Counted from the whole stretch's first letter, positions 39,201-51,780 are shown. The stretch is 60,664 nucleotides of DNA, filler included, from Sphacelaria rigidula (GCA_964200075.2; 7 parts of 7 records of this genome joined end to end with filler, not necessarily neighbours in it); one strand, 5' to 3'. A program made the numbers and translations. The notes: a model not told the origin generated them from the sequence alone.

Positions 39201-39953
39201 GGGCGATGCGCCCCTTGCTCCTCCTCCTCCTGTGCCACTTCCACCGCTCCCAACAACCAGCTGAACGCGCGACCTCACCCGGGCAAGCGGCGGTGGTGGT
39301 GGTGGCGGCGGGAGCGGTGTACCAACCCTGCTACCTTCTTTGTCACCCGGATCGTTAGCGTTCTCACTGGTCGTTATCATGTTTTGTTTTTTGTTGGTGT
39401 CGACCCGGATTGCCTGGACTAAGGCAGCTTCACCATCACTTTTGACGTGTCGCCGTGCAGTGGAGATAGATCCGACACCCATTTTCCACGCTGACCATGG
39501 CTTCGCCGCCGGTGTTACCCTGTTGCTGTTGCTGCAGTTGTCATCCCGCTCTTTGCTTCCCGCCCTCGTCACTGCCGGCACTGCAGACTCCGGCGGCCGC
39601 GATATGCTGCTCCCTACAGCACTGACAGCTAGAGCTTCACCTCTCATACTCCTGCTCCTACTGTTCTGACTATTGTCTCCGCTTCGCGACTGTTGCTGTT
39701 GCTGCGGCGCCTGTCCATATGCTGAGCAGTCGCACCATATATCATCCTCACCGCCGCCGTCGTTGCAGCTGGTCTCACCGCAGCTGCGCACGGGCACCTT
39801 AGCCTTTGAAAAGGTGGTGCTCGTTACACCGGATGCAAGCCTGTTCGATACGGTAGTCGATAGTGATGGGTTGAATGAATCGCCGTCGCCCGCTGACCCC
39901 GCTGCTGCTAAAGCCGCCATGCGCGACAAACCATCCGCCTGATCCTCGTGCAT
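36294..39953 (-). CDS. Very large low-complexity exon (about 1220 codons) of the same NTPase gene; start uncertain (frame open to 40370)
   Basis: 4-kb uninterrupted ORF rich in S/G/A/P/R with no recognisable domain. Ends ELMARVSDFLESERK at the AAG|GTGGGT donor. Confidence 0.85.
37668..37760 (-). repeat. Coding 33-bp tandem repeat x~3 ([V/M]FPSPLxSGSD)
   Basis: AGCGGCGACGGAAACA recurs at 33-bp spacing. Confidence 0.85.
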
Positions 39954-41619
39954 CGCAGAAGCTTCGAGGGTGTGTGGTGTGGCTTCGAGTGCGCGCATAC
40001 ACACCGGTCCCGCAATGGGGGTGTCCGTGAGATGCGTATGAACGTATACGACTCGACCTCGATGTGTAGTCGCTCCTACTTTCAAAGTTTTCGGCGCGTT
40101 ACCACTGCAACAGGTCAGGATCCCTACAGGATCAAGGGTGTCTGTGATCTGGGGAGGGGAAACGGAAAATGTTGTTTTTTCGGGGGCGGGGGGGCCAGAA
40201 CACGTGAAGGGGTTTGGGGTAAGCTGAAAGACCAGATTGCGGCTGTTTCTGGGGCGATCGTGGTGCTGGTGCAGACAATTCAAATAATCAAACAAAGTTC
40301 TAACGGTTTTGCTCCCTTGGTGCATCCCAGCGTTTCCATCTACTCTCTTTTGAGAGTGCAAATGAGTCATCTAGGACGGAGTAAGGCTGGGGACCATCAT
40401 GCCGTCTTTGCTCTGTAATACACACACTACTATTGACTGCTGTACTGTAAAACGTTCCGCCACAAAAAGTCAACCCGTCCGTATCATCCCCCCCAAAGAG
40501 TTGGCTGTACTTGACTTGTAGTATACACGACCGGTATTTTTTCACCAGCCGAAAAGATGGATGTTGAAAGATCAGATGTGTCGATAGATTCACCATTATT
40601 ATTCCGTAACAACACTCCGTCGTTCATGTTTGTTGTCTTGCAGTGAAAATTATTCGCACTGAGCTCTCGTCGGGAAGCAGTACCGTAAGCGGCTCATGGT
40701 GATTATAATCAAATAGTTTGTTGCGAGCGATCCTTCAAACCAGCACAAACCGCACGCTGGAGACACATAAACGGGGTTGGACTGTAAATCGCGCGCGAAA
40801 AATCTAGACCTCGCAAGAATAGAATGGTACAGGCAACCCCTTCTTCTCCTGTGCACAGGCGGCTGACATACCCCTATTACTTGCCTAGTGTTGGTCGTTT
40901 GTTTCGGCACTGGTACAGTTGCATAACAAAACGAAGAAAAATAAAAAGAAGAGCCGCGTGAAGATGCGATGGTTCCCCTTACAGTCAGTACCGTCTGTGC
41001 ATGGAACTGTTATCAAACTTTCGGGCCACATGTGTATTCAAGGGCAATATATAGTGCAGTGCTTCACTGTCATTGTACGTCACCACGAGTGTAATCGACT
41101 ATGCGACGCGTTACTTCCTTCGATACCCCATCCACTCCAGACACAAACACGCATACGGAGAGGCGTATACTTCTACCTTTACCACTCCAACATGACCCGC
41201 CTGAAATCCAACGCTGCGCCCCTGTGAGATTCGTTCGAATGACGTGAGTTGTTCTCTGCCGAAACTTTGAAGTTTGGCCTGGCGTATAGAATCTACCCTT
41301 GCACACGCCGAACCCAGGAGAGAAAGGGCAGCAAGATCTTGACGTTGTGTAGGATGATTTGGCTTTGTCTTGGATGGCCTACACTGGGATGTACTGACCA
41401 GCATATCTACATTGGGATGCACTGACCAGTATATCATACAGTAAAGCAACTGTTGTGTAACCATAGAGTTTCGTAGATTCCCGCTCACTCATGTTGCTTG
41501 CTGCTGTGTGCTCAGTATTCTGTGTACTCCATGAAGTGCATGTCGTCTTGGGATATGGACTATACGCACGTTTATTACTTTCATCATACGGCATTTGATG
41601 TATCTAGCGCAACGCTCTT

Positions 41620-41638
41620 GCAGCAGCAGCAGCATCAT

Positions 41639-41680
<42 letters not shown>

Positions 41681-41683
41681 GCA
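41620..41683. repeat. Compound (CAG)n(CAT)n(CAG)n microsatellite
   Basis: Seen directly. Confidence 0.95.
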
Positions 41684-43304
41684 AATGCGCTGATTGAAAA
41701 TTCGAATGAGAGCGAGTTTCGCCCACAGAACACATGACCCCCCCCCCCCCCCCCCCCCCGCCAAAAGAACCCATCTGCAATAACCATGTAGAGGCCCTGT
41801 GCAGAGAGTGTTAACCGAAACGGGAGGTCTGACAGGCGGGGTGACAGAATAGACGTTCAGAGTGAACGGCCGGAGACGTGAGTGAAAAACACAGTCAAAT
41901 CACACAAACACAGACGCTCGCGGCTGCGCCTTTGCAACAGAAATTATTACAAAAAGTAGCTTCCCTTCTACCAGTATAGCTGTTCAGGCTCTCCGCCCTT
42001 GTGGCTATCACAAATATCTTTGGGTTCCTCACACATCAGATCGTGCAAACCCCGTGAACGTTGACACTCATACAAGATTTCCATCATGTTCTCACCAAAA
42101 TTATAAAAGGAGGCCGGCCGGTCTTATCCTGTCGCTTTGCTCTTTCGTACAGGGGATTATCTTGGAAAATCTTCTTGCATCCACCCACCCCCACCTCTTC
42201 CCCAAAGTTGTCGCTCTGGAATGCACTGCGCCACAGAGCACTTCTACCGGGAGCACAACACAAGCAGCAAATATGCAAAGTCCTCCCCACCCACCAGGCA
42301 CCCGGGTGGCACGCGCAATCAATGCTCGTCCTCCTTCATGGGGTGTCTTTTTGTGTGGGTACAGCTTGTGTCGTGCGGCTGGTTGCCAGCAGTTATCAGT
42401 ACTGTGTACCGTAGCGACAAGCAATCTCCGAGAGAGCAAGCCTCAGAGTCTACTTTTCCCTGCGGACACTACGCTCGCACAAGGAAGTACATTCTGGATA
42501 TGAGTGGCAGTTTCCCCGGTGCCGTTTTCTCCTGTGTACAGACATTATAGATAAAACATTTCATGTGTCGCACATATCACGATTGTGTGAAAAAAAAGAG
42601 TTATCAAATAAACTCCTGGCAGTTTCCCCCTCCCTGATGTGTTTTTTAGAACTTGACCGTGATAATTGAAAACGCAATTTTGGCCAAAAACAAAAAAAAA
42701 CACTGTTGTGACATACGGAAAACGCAGAGAGAGGTACCTTGGAACGGTCTCAGCGAGTGCAGAGCAGGTCATTCCCAGCAGCTGTCAACGTCGGATGTCC
42801 GCCCAGCCCTCTTTTCGGGCTGAAATCGATATAATGGAAGGGCTGCAAAGAAGGGTAGTGGTCAACAAGTCTTTTTCTACACATGAATAGGCTAAAATAA
42901 CTACAGTACCCAAAAGAAATCTCGGAAGTTTTTCTGGACTTGATCGATCTCCGATAAAAATAACCGATCTCCGATAAAAATGGAAGTTTGGACAAGAAAA
43001 AACTGCTGCCCCCAGAAAAACGCACCGGTGTGCTAGAACAGGGTCTCAACGAGCACAGCGAGGCAATCAAAGGTGTCAAAATCCGCCTGGCTCTTTCAGG
43101 GCGTAAAGGACGTGCAAGCTCCAAAAGTCACTTTCCCAGAAGATTTTTATTCTCGTCTGCTACGAGCTGGGCCACCCTAGAGGCTGTATGGTTTGTGTAA
43201 GTTTGCAGACGGATGCGCCGGCCAATATTTGGAGTTAGACCCTGAAATTTGGTATGGATAATGCATGGGGCATAATAAAAAATCGGGGAGAAGCACCCGA
43301 AGTT

Positions 43305-43404
43305 NNNNNNNNNNNNNNNNNNNNNNNNNNNNNNNNNNNNNNNNNNNNTTAATTAATTAANNNNNNNNNNNNNNNNNNNNNNNNNNNNNNNNNNNNNNNN
43401 NNNN
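43305..43404. other. Artificial contig spacer
   Basis: 44N-TTAATTAATTAA-44N. Confidence 0.98.
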
Positions 43405-43434
43405 CAAGCATGATCATGAGTACACCCCCCCCCC
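43405..43434 (+). mobile_element. Extreme 3' end of the poly(C)-tailed LINE at contig start
   Basis: GCATGATCATGAGTACA-C10, identical to the end of 12449-12542. Confidence 0.7.
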
Positions 43435-43744
43435 TCATCAGCCAGGAGTGCTCTGCTGGGGTTCGCACGGCGAGCTCCGTCGCGTTTGCTCGTTCGCTGA
43501 CTGCTCGCCCGCCTCTCGCCGGTAAATTTCGGCGATCCGATTTCTTCATGATATTGATATCGACGTCGATTTGATGAGTTGTTTTGTTGGCAATACCAGC
43601 CGTGTGACTTTTCCCTCTCTGTCTCGGCAGCATTTTGCTCCCACCCCCGTTCTGAATCGACCCGACCGCAGCGGCATTACAGCAGCTGCGGCGAATCTCC
43701 AGCGCAGATCAAACCGTGTTTTTAGGGTTCAAGCACACCACATT

Positions 43745-44064
43745 TTCTTTTCTTCTAAGTTGTCGCACTTTTGAATCCCTCTCCTTCCTCGGGACGAGTC
43801 CGTGGTCTCAAGGGGTCGTCAGCCCATATCTGTCCCCACTACACGCCTTCCATTTCGGTCTCGCGGATTGGGTCAGCACTCCCGCGCCGTGTCAACTCTC
43901 GTCAACCGAACTCGATCAACTACTTTTTGCTTACTCACGTTCTTGCGCTTTCAACGATGGAAATCAGACCCTTCGGACAAGAAGAAAAAAAACGCATCGG
44001 GATCCGAACCGTCGTTCTCTCCACCCTTATGGTAAAAGTCGGACCATTACACCACCGGGGCGCA
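43745..44064 (-). mobile_element. SINE family B, full-length copy
   Basis: Reverse complement colinear with 7466-7775. Confidence 0.85.
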
Positions 44065-46812
44065 GTACAGTGACAACAACAGCACAAGAATAACATCGTT
44101 GAGTGATGGGTGTGGGGACGAAGCGACAAAAGCACGGGTTATTGCGAAACGGGTGTCCATCGCACGGATTTTTTCACGGGGCGGATCGTCCCCCTCCGTA
44201 GAACAAACCGCACAGACCGCGGCATTTCCCAACGACGCACCGTGGCAGTGATATGTTAAGATGACACGGTGATTCACGAAAATTGTATGGGTATCTGGGA
44301 GAAATACGAAAAAGTACGAAAAGTTAAGGCGCTGTCTTCGCACATCTGTGTTCGATCGAGAGAAGGGGGGCGGTGGAAATGATTTCAGCGAAATTCGCTC
44401 ATTTTTCTCGAGTCGGGCCCAAGCGAATGCTCGAGCTTTTTATCGAACATGAACAGTGACATTTGTGAAGCGGTACTTGGCCGCTTGTGTACAGTACAGC
44501 ACAGTCTGTACTGTTGTCTGCACTATATGCATGCAGTGTGTCTCGAGGGTGTGTGCGTGTTCCGTGCAGTACGATGTGAAAGAGAAGCGGGAATCGTGCA
44601 GTATAGACGGCGCAGGACGATCTGTTTTCTCTGCTTACAATGCGACGTGAAAAGGACTGGGATAACGTGCAGCTTCGTACTGCCTGCACTGTCCTTGAGC
44701 GTGTACGCAAGCCGGTTGCCCACCCTACCACGCAGTTCCGTCGCTGATCCCCACCACGAAAGAAGATGCTGGAATTTTCGCCAAAAACAATACACGAGGC
44801 GTACCCAACAACTGCAGTGTATCTCTTCATGTGCTCAACTCGTGCTCTATGCTGTAGGGTTGCGGTAGTAGCTGAGAGTGAGTCGTGTAGAGTGTGGAGT
44901 TTGCATGGTACTGTGAACGGGTGGTTTCCAGCGTGGTGAGGTCTGTAAGATAGGAGTGAAGTACCCCCTCGTGCCTCTCGACTGCATACAAGAAATAGTT
45001 GAAGCCAACGATGAATAGAAATGCGGTGTGGAGCTATCAGATGAGAAAGAAAAAAAATCTACCGCACTTTTTCAGCCTGAAAAAATCGTCAAGTGCACGT
45101 CCTTACAGGTGACACAATGCACCCAGTACACCATGGTGATGGCGCTTTCTACGATGCCCAGACTTGTGCACCGACCGGGACACGAGACAGCAGTTCACAC
45201 AATCCCCAGCGCAGATCAAGCCGTCTTTGTAGGGTTCAAAACGCACCACCGTACCGTGTCAGCTGCAAAACAGAAATGATGGGTCTTGGCACGAAGCGCC
45301 TTGTTTATTGTGGAGGACGCGACATCCAACAAACAACTGGCATTTTCAACTTTGACAAGACAGCTATGCGCGCCGACTTCAGTTGATTTTTACAGAGCGG
45401 AAAAACAATAATAGTACATGATGAACAAGGATTTCGTGAGATTGAGGGTAGAGATACGATTGAGCGTGAAAAACGGTCAATTAGTGAACGACCCGTTTCA
45501 GTTCCGAAATGCCCGTACACGAGGCCCAAAATGCTTTCTGTAGTAGCTTGCCACCTAGGCCCTTGTATCCCTGAGAAGGATACCGACAACTCCAGCACAT
45601 GAAGCAGGCGTGAGTGTGTGCTGTAGTATAGCAAAACATGACAGTTCAATGTTTTAGTTCTTCGCCTACTTCAGTTCGAAACGGTCCTCAAGTATGAGGT
45701 GTGTTTACCACTTCGTCGATGAAGAAATTTCTCCGAAACATTTTTTTTTAAATAACCGTAACCCTGTTGCTAACCCCAACCCAAGGCATACCGAGAACCC
45801 TCGGGCAAGGGCGCGACCCATTTGCGGGTTGGGTATGCAAATAAGAGCGTACAGGTCGCGAACGCCTCCAGGGTCAAATCCACAAGAAACCCAGTTCCAA
45901 ATGCTGAGCACACAAAACAACAGACGTACGCCGCGCAGCAAGGCTGTAACACCGATCAGATTTCTTTTCTTGTAGGGCAGGATGCTACAAACGTGGGCGG
46001 CGATGAGTTCTCTGCTCCATACTACCGGGAATCGTAAAATGAATCGTTTTTTCTTGGAGCACTTCTTCAAGGCAATTTCTCAAAGCACTTTTTTTTTTTA
46101 TGGTTGCTAGTTGCTGCGGCATGGACAACATCAACTGAGTGTCCGAGTTTAATCCTATCATGAGTGTGTGCGATTACGCAATGGCAACCATTCACACCCG
46201 CCGCAGCCCTTGCGCGGGGAAACAGTGTAGAGCAGATGATGACATTTGGATGCTCTGAGTACTAAACACGGCCGTATGCGTGGGGGGTAAACTTGTGAAA
46301 TCTCACCATCATTGTAGTACAAGTACTGCTGTCTCCTGTCTGCTGTGCGAATTGTACACTCTATACCGCGGACAACAAACAACAGGGGTACAAGAGTGCT
46401 ACTGTACAGGGCCTGTAGTGCTCTGAACAGTTGACAAGTGGTGCGATACAGGAATACTCTCACTACCCGTGCTGCCATCTGGATAGCCTGCACAGTACAC
46501 GGAGACAGTGTACAGACAGCGTAGTGGTGTCTTGTACAACAGCAGTGCAACAGCAACGGTATGATATGCCGATATTCTCGATGGCAAGCAGCTGATGCGT
46601 ACCGTATACAGTCCGTGCCGTCAGAGCATCCATACAGTCGAGCGTTCGCGGTGCTTGGCTGGCCAACAACACAAGACGACTGTTGGCTCATCAATACAAA
46701 TCAGGGAGGTCATCGCCGCAGGCGTGTGTGGACTGTTTTGCAGGACAGCCGGAAAGTTCACCATGTGTGTCTGAAAATTCTCTCACAGAACGTCATGAGT
46801 CACGGACGAGGC

Positions 46813-47085
46813 CAGTAGACCTACAGAAATGTTCGTACACAGTGGTTGACAGGGATGACTACTTTATTTTTAGATTTGAAAAAGTTATGAGAAAAATCAC
46901 GTTTTGGAGCAGGTAAGCAGTGGACCCAGCTCGTCCAAAACGTGTTTTTGTCGAAATCGGCGCCTGCGGCGACGATTGGAGGTCTACCAACGCACACTTT
47001 GCCTAATAGGGGGTCTATGCACCCTCCTTGCCCGAGGTTCTCGTGCGCCTTGGGTCGGGTTTAGGTAGGGTTAGGGTTATTGTTG
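46813..47085 (-). mobile_element. Diverged copy of the CAGTAGACC-ended MITE with telomere-like core
   Basis: Starts CAGTAGACCTACAGAAATGTTCGTACAC; internal match to 15225-15400 in reverse; GGGTTAGGGTTA. Confidence 0.65.
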
Positions 47086-48552
47086 GTGCCAGTGTTAGTC
47101 TCAGTTGGTAAGATCCCATGATGTTTCCAATCAAGCATCGTGTACAAGCATTTCTTGACGCCCCCTCGACGAGGCCCCGAGAGGAGCGGAGGGACCATTC
47201 TGACCAATCACGGCTATCAAAACGGTCACTTTGTTTCCCTACAGATGGACAAGTTCGCTGTCCAGCTGATTTATAATTTTGGTACTGACGATTCGACCGT
47301 AGATAACATGGGGCACGAACAACGTGCTTTGTACCCTGGGCGTGGTCTATGCTGCCTGCCTGGCCCCTCTTGTATTGCCAGCATGACTTCACTCTGTCTA
47401 TTTTTGTTGTGGAACACCAAGCGGAGGCATCAGCAGCATGCAGTCGGCTGTGTTCAATTGAGAGGGATGACACGCTGTCCGTTTGTTTCCGCTGTGTCTA
47501 GCGAAGACATGAAGTACACATACTGACTGCACGCAATCGACTGCAGGCTCGAAACCGGTGAGGGGTTCTCCGGAATTATTTTCTTTATAGATGCGCCACG
47601 TTCACGAAAGAGGCCTGTCGTGTAGCGAGAAAAATGGTGTTTTGAATCCCAGATGTGGGATAGTCCATCTCAGTTCACCTGCGCGGGGATCGCTGTCAAA
47701 GGGTTATCCCTTGGACTGCGAAGGTATTTTATCTGGACCATGCATACTTTTTCTGGATCAAGTGAATGCCGGTTCAACATAGACCTATTCTCACCGTCCA
47801 AGGGTTAACAATGGCAGTGGCGTTAGAAATCTGCCACTGCTGCGCGGTCCCCTAGTACATATTTTCGTGTGTCGGGCCGTGTTAAGGCGGGACAAGAAAA
47901 GTGAGGGCGCACCGTGTCTGAGACTGATTCTGGCGGTTGAGGTGTTTTTGTTTTCTCTTGTCTTTCCAGTTGGTTGCCCATCAACTCTCATCCAATCAGA
48001 AGGGCAAGAAGAAGAAAAGCCAGAATATCTCTCTCTCTCCATCACGGTGCATTCTAATTTTTTTTCGCCTCGTTAATATGGGTCCTCCTGTGAAAAGGTG
48101 ATGCCGTAGCGGACACTTGAGATAATTTGCCGCTTCTATGTGATGGCTCCCTCATCACCTCCCCACACCTCTTCATGAACCTCTGGGAGGTTTTTGTAGG
48201 AGTAACCTTTAGCGCCGGCTAGCGGCTGGAATCTTGCCTTTTCATTCACATATCTTCTATCTTGGGTCATTCAACCAACAATCGCCGCAGGAGATTTGCC
48301 ATGAGTTTGTGGACTCTGCTTCAGAGAGTGTCCCCCATTTTTTGGCTTCCACCACTTGTGGTGAGATCCGGAATTTGAACCCGGGACCCTCTGCTCGTGA
48401 ATGAAGCGTACGAGGCATTTCACTGGTGTCGCCAGTGTGAAAGGGTGATTCCTTGACGAACACGTGTGGGAGTTTGTCCCGTCCATGTGGTGGTTCTCAC
48501 ACTTCGTGCTGTGGTATTGAAAAAGAAAACTACTGCCTGTGATCCACAGATA

Positions 48553-49064
48553 CACTAGTGGGTGGTCTAATTATTCATTTCGTGACATTTTGTGATCTTT
48601 TCGTGACTGGCGATTTTCTTGGGCTTTTTTCGCTTGCCACCGCTCATCACATTTAGGGATTTGAAGGTATTTGTATCCGCTCCACATTCCAAGAAGAAAT
48701 AATCATCTGTACTCATATTAAAGTGACTTACGGGCTGGTCGGTCATCGGGGGTCCTGCCCAGATTCTTTCTCTTTGGTATTTTCAGTCGATCGAGCCTGT
48801 CCCGATCATACTTTTGAAGAAATATACAGTTTTTGTTTTGAACTTTATCTACTCTTGTACTTGAGCCGAAAAACTGTGTTTCACGGTCCATAACACCCTC
48901 CTGATAAATGGGGTATTTACTCGTGTCGCCCGATGACACCAGCTAACACTGACTTGGGCACTATGTTTCGAGGATGATAAACGGGGCAATTTCGACTTCT
49001 ATCGAAGAGTAGTACGCTAGGAAAACCCCAAAACACTCCTGAATAGTAGGACTGCCCACTACTG
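48553..49064. mobile_element. Second copy of the MITE at 2202-2739
   Basis: Degenerate TIRs CACTAGTGGGTGGTCTAA / GACTGCCCACTACTG; TA on the left; internal similarity along its length. Confidence 0.8.
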
Positions 49065-49928
49065 TGCTGTACGTCAGGTATCTCCGTAATTCCGAAGTGG
49101 AGGTGATCTCGTTTTTGCGCGAATGTTTTATTTCATGCTGTTTGTGTACCCATAGCGGAAAAAGTCGAGACATCAAAATAACCATTAATCATTGCGCCCA
49201 AACCCATACAGATGCTTTTATTATCATGTTTCAAAATTTTGTTTGATTCATCCAGGGGGCGGTTGATTGGTTGGTTGACGTCCACTAACTGATGCACTGT
49301 GAAGCCAGCCGCGGTCACAACGTGGGCGTGCGAACCCTAGGTACATAAATGAGCAGAAACACAAGCCACAAGGATCTCGAAAAGAAGGGGAAATGTGAAG
49401 AATGGTGGATGATGAAGCAAACAGGGTAAAGGCGTGAAAATAGTAGTGGGCTCCGTGTGTGCCAGCTGGCGTTGTTAGCGAACAATGACGAGAGGGGGTC
49501 ATTTTTGTACAGAATACAGCATTGATGATACGAGTTCAAACTTCGTATTCACTCAATCAAGTTTTTTTCGCAGACGGTTCGTCGCCTTCACTTGGACGTT
49601 TTGAAAGTCGGTAGGCATTGGAAAAAGAAGCAGGTCGTGCCCGGGACAAATTTCTCAATTTGTTTAGAAGGAACAATATGGAGTAAAACCCAGGTTATCG
49701 AGGGGGTGTTGGTGACCGCACATGGAACACACGGTTTTCCGGCTGTAGCGCAATGAATATCGAAAGATGAGAAAAAACTGAACCATAAATTCATTCATCA
49801 CACTGACCCGGATTGGTTTGGTTGAGTGAAAAATATCAGTAAGAACCGAGGATGTACACTCCTGAAACCGCTAACGACCGGTTTTAGCCCGTAACTATTT
49901 CAAAATTGGTAATTTAATTAAAAATTAA

Positions 49929-50083
49929 ATGAATAGTAAAAGCAATGAATTAATAAAACGTGATATTATAATTGGTTCAAGACGGATTAGTAATTATTTT
50001 TGGACAGCAATATTATTTACGGGAGGTTTAGCCTTTTCAATTATTGGAATATCGAGTTACTATAAAAAAATTTCATTACAAAA
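49929..50083 (+). pseudogene. ycf4: Nuclear plastid DNA insertion (NUPT): 5' part of photosystem I assembly factor ycf4
   Basis: MNSKSNELIKRDIIIGSRRISNYFWTAILFTGGLAFSIIGISSY contains the Ycf4 GSRRxSNYFW motif. Sharply AT-rich island (about 49897-50083), truncated after about 50 codons. Confidence 0.9.
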
Positions 50084-50707
50084 TATGTGTCGGATACTAA
50101 TGCCTCTCGATTACCAAAGTTCGGGATGAACGAGAAGCCGTGATGTGTCGTGGTAGCCGAAAAACCTGAGGAAAAAAAGAACAAGAGCCTTCAATCGAAA
50201 ATGTAACGTTGCGAGGGACCTACGAATTATCCCTGGTTCGAGCAAGCAAATCTACGATTTTTGAGACCTGATTGCTCCAAAGAGGGGGAAAAAGTTGACC
50301 GCGGGTCGACAAATTCTCGCAGGCAAAACTTTGCAGTCTTCCACGTGTCTGGTGTGCGCGTACCTGGGGTGCAACGCTAAAAATAAAGGCTCAAGGATTG
50401 ATCCGTAAGGTACGAATCAGTTGCACTTGAAGCAAGTAATTTTCAGGCGAGATCATTCACACGTCGAACGGATCATGATCCGTCTGAAAATTACTTCTCC
50501 TCAGTATGCTGATCCGGATCATGCTCCGGATCAGTTGGCCACCTTCCTCATGTCTGCTCCTTCCAGCGCCGGACGCCGAGCACCCCGAGTAGCGCAAGGA
50601 TTGCGTTTTGGCTTACCTGACCCCGCGGTCACGTCTTTTGTGTTTTTGGACCAACAGATTCGAGTGTCTCCCTTGATCGGTTGTTTCAGTCCGATGTGTG
50701 AAATCCA

Positions 50708-51780
50708 CACTCTGGACAATGGACAGAATAATTGTTCATTGCTTCAGCAATAGACTCGGGGAGAAATCTATCGATGTAAATTATCGAACACGACAGATGG
50801 TGAAACACATCGATTGATATATATGTATTGCAAGGGACAAAAGACGTTACAATAGTCGATCGATAGCCTTTGGCAATTACGATAGATGAAGTTCACTCGC
50901 CACCGATTGGCATGGTGTACCGCAATAGATTCGAGGTTGTATATATCGATAGTGATTGCCGTAATCAAAAGTTTTGGTGAGCCATCCATCGATAGTCATT
51001 GCCGTCATCAATAGATTTAGTGAGTCATCCATCAATACCTCTTACCGCCATCAATAGATTTGGTGAGCCGTCTATCGGTAGCCTCTGCCGCCAACAATGC
51101 ATCTTTTGGTATCTACCAATATGGGCATTGCCGTCAACAATCGATTGCTCTCGGGAGCACCTATCGGCAGCCCGTGACGCCAATGATAGGTTTTGGAACA
51201 GAGATTGCTCACTGCAGTGGTGTCATGATATCAACGGCAACACCCCTCACACATGAACACGCAACGACCTTAGGCGATAGCTGGCTGTAGCTTCTGTGGA
51301 ATAAAGTGGCAACATACATCGAAAAATGTGCATACACAGAGCTAGTGATCGACGCCATTCAGCTACCCTTGTGGTCAGCAATAGATACTGGTGGCCGCGA
51401 TTCAAATCGCATTGTGACCAGCGGTAGGCAAAGGTGGCCGCGATTCAGATTCTGTTGTGACCCTAAATAGACATTGGTGGGCGCAATTGGTATCCTATTG
51501 TGACCGGCAATATGTATTGGTGACCGCGTGGTAGATCCTTTTGTGATTGGCAATAAACATTGGTGGCCACAATTCAGAGCCTAACGCAACGAATAAAATC
51601 TATCGATAGACAACTGGGCCCCTCCATTGTCACGGCAATGATACATCATGTCCCTCGCCCCGAATCTATTGTCGATAGACTTGGTGCCAGTAGAATATGA
51701 CTGACATTGATCATTGACAGTCAAATTTTCGGGGCCATTGCAGCGCCAATGTTCTATTACATACTCTATTGTCCAGGGTA
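50708..51780. mobile_element. Putative foldback element with two inverted 43-bp tandem arrays
   Basis: Ends ACTCTGGACAAT / ATTGTCCAGGGT. Arrays at about 50956-51190 and 51370-51584. Confidence 0.6.

Noticed and set aside
47245-47625. Possible plus-strand exons after good acceptor sites
   Set aside because: No recognisable product and no consistent open frame.
50956-51584. CRISPR-like regular array
   Set aside because: Units are diverged tandem copies with no invariant repeat plus unique spacer. No cas genes; eukaryotic context.
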